Shown piece after piece: positions 61,166-64,000 of a stretch of DNA of 64,000 bases; position 1 is the first letter of the stretch; every line of letters begins with the position of its first letter. The notes below the pieces were generated by a model. The model was not told the DNA's origin and made no database searches. It saw nothing but the letters and a program-made list of their open reading frames with translations. The position numbers and the translations under genes are program-made. This DNA is from an uncultured Spirochaetota bacterium (GTDB lineage Bacteria > Spirochaetota > Spirochaetia > SZUA-6 > Fen-1364), in NCBI GenBank assembly GCA_963734545.1, contig CAVTHO010000004.1, positions 256,001-320,000 of the forward strand. Reading direction: 5' to 3'.

Positions 61166-63016
61166 ATGCGCAGTGCAGGCAACACGCCCGTGCGTAACTC
61201 CGTGCGCGGTCCGGTCAGAACGAAGAATCCGCGCAGCGTCACTGTGACGATGGCCCTCGCTTTCTTCACGTTGAGCGCCATCGCCCTTCTCATCTCAGGG
61301 ACATTGCAGGTCATCTGGAGCGTGCGTGCCCAGGAAGATATCGTGCTCAGAGGGCAGCAGCTCATTGCCCAGGACGCGGCGAAGACCGTGAGCGCGTTTG
61401 TCGAGGAGAAGCTGGGGGCCATGGAGACGAGCGTGCGCGTGGCCGACGTCGCCGCGGCGGATCCGGCCTCTCGAACTCTGCTCGTGGAGAGTCTCCTCGG
61501 CATGCAGCCTTCCTTCCGGCAGCTCGTGCTCCTGGACCTGGAAGGCAGGATCCTCGCGTGGACGTCCCGGCTCTCGCAGCAGGCATCGCGCAATTTTCAG
61601 GGCCGGGTGGCGCGAGAAGGGTTCACGTTGCTGCACAAGGGAAGCCCTTACTACAGCCCCGTGTACGTTGACCCCGTCTCCAGCGAGCCGCTCATGACAC
61701 TGGCGGTTTCCGTGAGGGATCCGTTCGGCGATCTGCGCGGGCTGCTCGTGGCGGAGATGAATCTCAAGTTCATGTGGGACATCGTCAACAGCCTGAATCT
61801 GGGCCCCACCGGGCAGGCCTACGTGGTCGACCACGAGGGAATGCTCATCGCGTTCAACGACATGGCGCGCGTTCTCAACGGGGAGAATCTACGCGGGCTC
61901 GAGCCCGTCAGCGCGTTCGTCTCTGCGCAGCCCCCTGTACAGCTGCCCGGCGCGCAGCTGTACAGGGGCATTACCGGCACCCGTGTCATCGGCACCTATG
62001 TTCCGCTGGTCACTCCGGACTGGGCGGTGGTGACAGAAATTTCCGCCGCGCACGCGTTTCATGACGTCTTTGTCGCGTCTGCACTGTCGGCAGGGCTCAC
62101 GCTTTTCCTCGCCCTTGCGTCCGGCCTGGTCGGCATGTCCCTGGCACGTCACCTGACCGTTCCGATTACGAGGCTCGCGGACACCGCCACACGGATCGCG
62201 GCCGGTGATATCACGCAGGAGGCGACAGTCTCGGGCCCGAAAGAGATTGCCGCTCTGGCGGCCGCGTTCAACAGCATGACCAAGCAGCTCCGCCAGACCT
62301 TTGAAAACCTCGAATTGCGCGTCAGGAAGCGCACCGCCCAGCTCGAGGCCTCCAACAACGAGCTGGAAGCATTCTCCTATTCCGTCTCTCATGACCTTCG
62401 CGCGCCCCTGCGCGCCATCGGCGGCTACTCGAGAATCATGGTGGAGCAGTACGGGAAGACAATGCCCGAGGAGGCGGCCCGCTACCTGGGCCACATCGCC
62501 GAGAATACCCGTCACATGGGCATGCTGATAGATGGCCTGCTCGATCTCTCCCGGTCGGGACGCATGCCAATGAGACGGGAGACGGTCCCCTCGGCCGGCC
62601 TCGTGGCCGAGGTCGTGGAAAGGCTCGGCCCGGAACGCACCGGCCGGAACGTGCAGGTGTCCGTGGGTGAGCTCCCGGATTGCCAGGGCGACCCGACCCT
62701 GCTGCGGCAGGTGTGGGAGAACCTCATTTCCAACGCCCTGAAATTCTCCCGCTGGCGCACGGAGGCGATCATCCACATCGGGTGGGAGCGGCAGGACGGA
62801 GAGGGTGTATACTTTGTTCGGGACAATGGCGTGGGCTTCGATATGAAGTACGCGGGCAGGCTGTTCGGCGTGTTCCAGCGCCTGCACAGCCCTGAGCAAT
62901 TCGAGGGAACGGGTGTCGGGCTGGCAATCGTGCAGCAGATCATCCGCCGGCACGGAGGCCGGATCTGGGCGGAGGCGGCCGTCGATGCCGGCGCCGCTTT
63001 TTACTTTACGCTGTGA
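61166..63016 (+). CDS. Sensor histidine kinase: TM-Cache-TM-HAMP-HisKA-HATPase
   Basis: SPVYVD..AYVVDHEG Cache motifs; PITRL..EIAALAAAFNSM HAMP; SVSHDLRAPL. Confidence 0.92.
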   Translation: MRSAGNTPVRNSVRGPVRTKNPRSVTVTMALAFFTLSAIALLISGTLQVIWSVRAQEDIVLRGQQLIAQDAAKTVSAFVEEKLGAMETSVRVADVAAADPASRTLLVESLLGMQPSFRQLVLLDLEGRILAWTSRLSQQASRNFQGRVAREGFTLLHKGSPYYSPVYVDPVSSEPLMTLAVSVRDPFGDLRGLLVAEMNLKFMWDIVNSLNLGPTGQAYVVDHEGMLIAFNDMARVLNGENLRGLEPVSAFVSAQPPVQLPGAQLYRGITGTRVIGTYVPLVTPDWAVVTEISAAHAFHDVFVASALSAGLTLFLALASGLVGMSLARHLTVPITRLADTATRIAAGDITQEATVSGPKEIAALAAAFNSMTKQLRQTFENLELRVRKRTAQLEASNNELEAFSYSVSHDLRAPLRAIGGYSRIMVEQYGKTMPEEAARYLGHIAENTRHMGMLIDGLLDLSRSGRMPMRRETVPSAGLVAEVVERLGPERTGRNVQVSVGELPDCQGDPTLLRQVWENLISNALKFSRWRTEAIIHIGWERQDGEGVYFVRDNGVGFDMKYAGRLFGVFQRLHSPEQFEGTGVGLAIVQQIIRRHGGRIWAEAAVDAGAAFYFTL

Positions 63017-63036
63017 GCGACACGGAGGAACCGACA

Positions 63037-63513
63037 ATGTCACCAAGCACCGCGGAAATCGTCCTGGTGGAAGACAATGCCCACGACGCCGAGCTCACGC
63101 TCTACACTCTCTCGAAGCGCAATTTCGCGCAGAATGTCGAGGTCCTCCGCGACGGTGCCGAGGCCCTGGATTACTTCTTCTGCACCGGCCGTTTCGCCGC
63201 CCGCAGGCTCCAGGAGCTGCCCCGGCTCGTGCTTCTCGATCTGAAGCTGCCCAAGGTGGACGGCATCGAGGTGCTGCGCCGCGTCAAGGCGGACCGGCGG
63301 CTGTGCGCCACGCCGGTGGTCATGCTCACGTCCTCCCGTGAAGAGCGCGACGTGGCAGAGAGCTACCGCCTGGGTGCGAACAGCTACGTCGTCAAACCCG
63401 TCGATTTCGACCAGTTCGCGGGGGCGCTGCAGGCAATCGGCGCCTACTGGCTGGAGCTGAACGAGCGGGCCAGGCTGGAGGGTGACACCGAATCGGAAGA
63501 AGTCCAGCGATGA
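63037..63513 (+). CDS. Single-domain response regulator (Rcp1-like)
   Basis: LVEDN, LLDLKLPKVDG, LTSS, GANSYVVKP. Confidence 0.92.
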   Translation: MSPSTAEIVLVEDNAHDAELTLYTLSKRNFAQNVEVLRDGAEALDYFFCTGRFAARRLQELPRLVLLDLKLPKVDGIEVLRRVKADRRLCATPVVMLTSSREERDVAESYRLGANSYVVKPVDFDQFAGALQAIGAYWLELNERARLEGDTESEEVQR

Positions 63514-64000
63514 GCGGCCCCGCGGAGCTGCCGACGTCCCCGCCGCTTCCCCTGCGCACGCTGATACTGGAGGACCGGGTCGCGGACGTCGATCTCATGC
63601 TGTACGAGCTGCGCCGCGCGGGTTTCGATCCCCGGCCCCGTCACGTCGACAACGAGAAAGACTACCGCGCCTGCCTCTCGGAGCCGTTCGACGTGATCCT
63701 CGCGGATTACACCCTGCCGCAGTTCAATGCCCTGGAAGCGCTGCACATCCTCCAGGAACGGCAGCTGATCATCCCGTTCATCGTGGTGACCGGGAGCGTC
63801 TCCGAGGAGGCGGCGGTGGCCTGCATGAAGAGCGGGGCAACCGACTACCTGCTGAAGGACCGCATGGCGCGTCTGGGCCCCGCGATCCGCCAGGCGCTCC
63901 AATCCCAGGGCATGCGCGAGGCGAAGCTGAACGCGGAGGAACAGATGCGGCGCCGCAACAGGGAGCTCTCCCTGCTCAACCGGATCATCGCCGCATCGAC
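63510..64000 (+). CDS. Receiver-domain signalling protein (receiver then coiled coil), runs off the window
   Basis: Read by eye from ATG 63510: LILEDR, ILADYTLPQF, IVVTG, GATDYLLK, RNRELSLLNRII. Confidence 0.85.
   Translation, partial: MSGPAELPTSPPLPLRTLILEDRVADVDLMLYELRRAGFDPRPRHVDNEKDYRACLSEPFDVILADYTLPQFNALEALHILQERQLIIPFIVVTGSVSEEAAVACMKSGATDYLLKDRMARLGPAIRQALQSQGMREAKLNAEEQMRRRNRELSLLNRIIAAS

Noticed and set aside
1-64000. rRNA, tRNA, IS/transposase, prophage or defence systems
   Set aside because: No such motifs recognised on either strand by eye; short structured RNAs could have been missed without a covariance search

Overview
GC-rich bacterial chromosomal window, probably from an uncultured Spirochaetia-like organism (inference from the 'AAGGSEQ'-type leader of the sugar-binding protein and the gene content). 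It is dense in metabolic, transport and signalling genes; I found no rRNA, tRNA, CRISPR, IS or phage. Left to right: a hybrid histidine kinase with a tiny MshEN-like protein; XRE-cupin + acyl-CoA synthetase; a Zn/Cd P1B-ATPase with an SmtB-type repressor; MFS, SigZ and a DUF318 permease; a LacI-linked sugar ABC locus with two VOC proteins; reductive pyrimidine catabolism (preT-preA-hydA); a LolD/LolE/LolA-like export cluster; lacD; a sigma-54 two-component pair facing a sugar ABC/ALDH/RidA operon; a copper/heavy-metal island; and a multi-kinase cluster. At least 13 genes carry small frameshifts, most likely consensus errors. Best novelty candidates: (1) a soluble kinase whose input domain is a sugar-ABC ATPase (NBD-PAS-HisKA-HATPase), with an NtrC-type partner and a sigma-54 promoter driving the adjacent sugar transporter; (2) a TTCAYA-N5-TTCAY(A/G) direct repeat lying exactly 9 nt upstream of a -10 hexamer at four promoters of the metal island; (3) two REP-like hairpin families, one expanded in frame inside a gene; (4) a candidate anti-Shine-Dalgarno sRNA or micropeptide near 1.4-1.55 kb.
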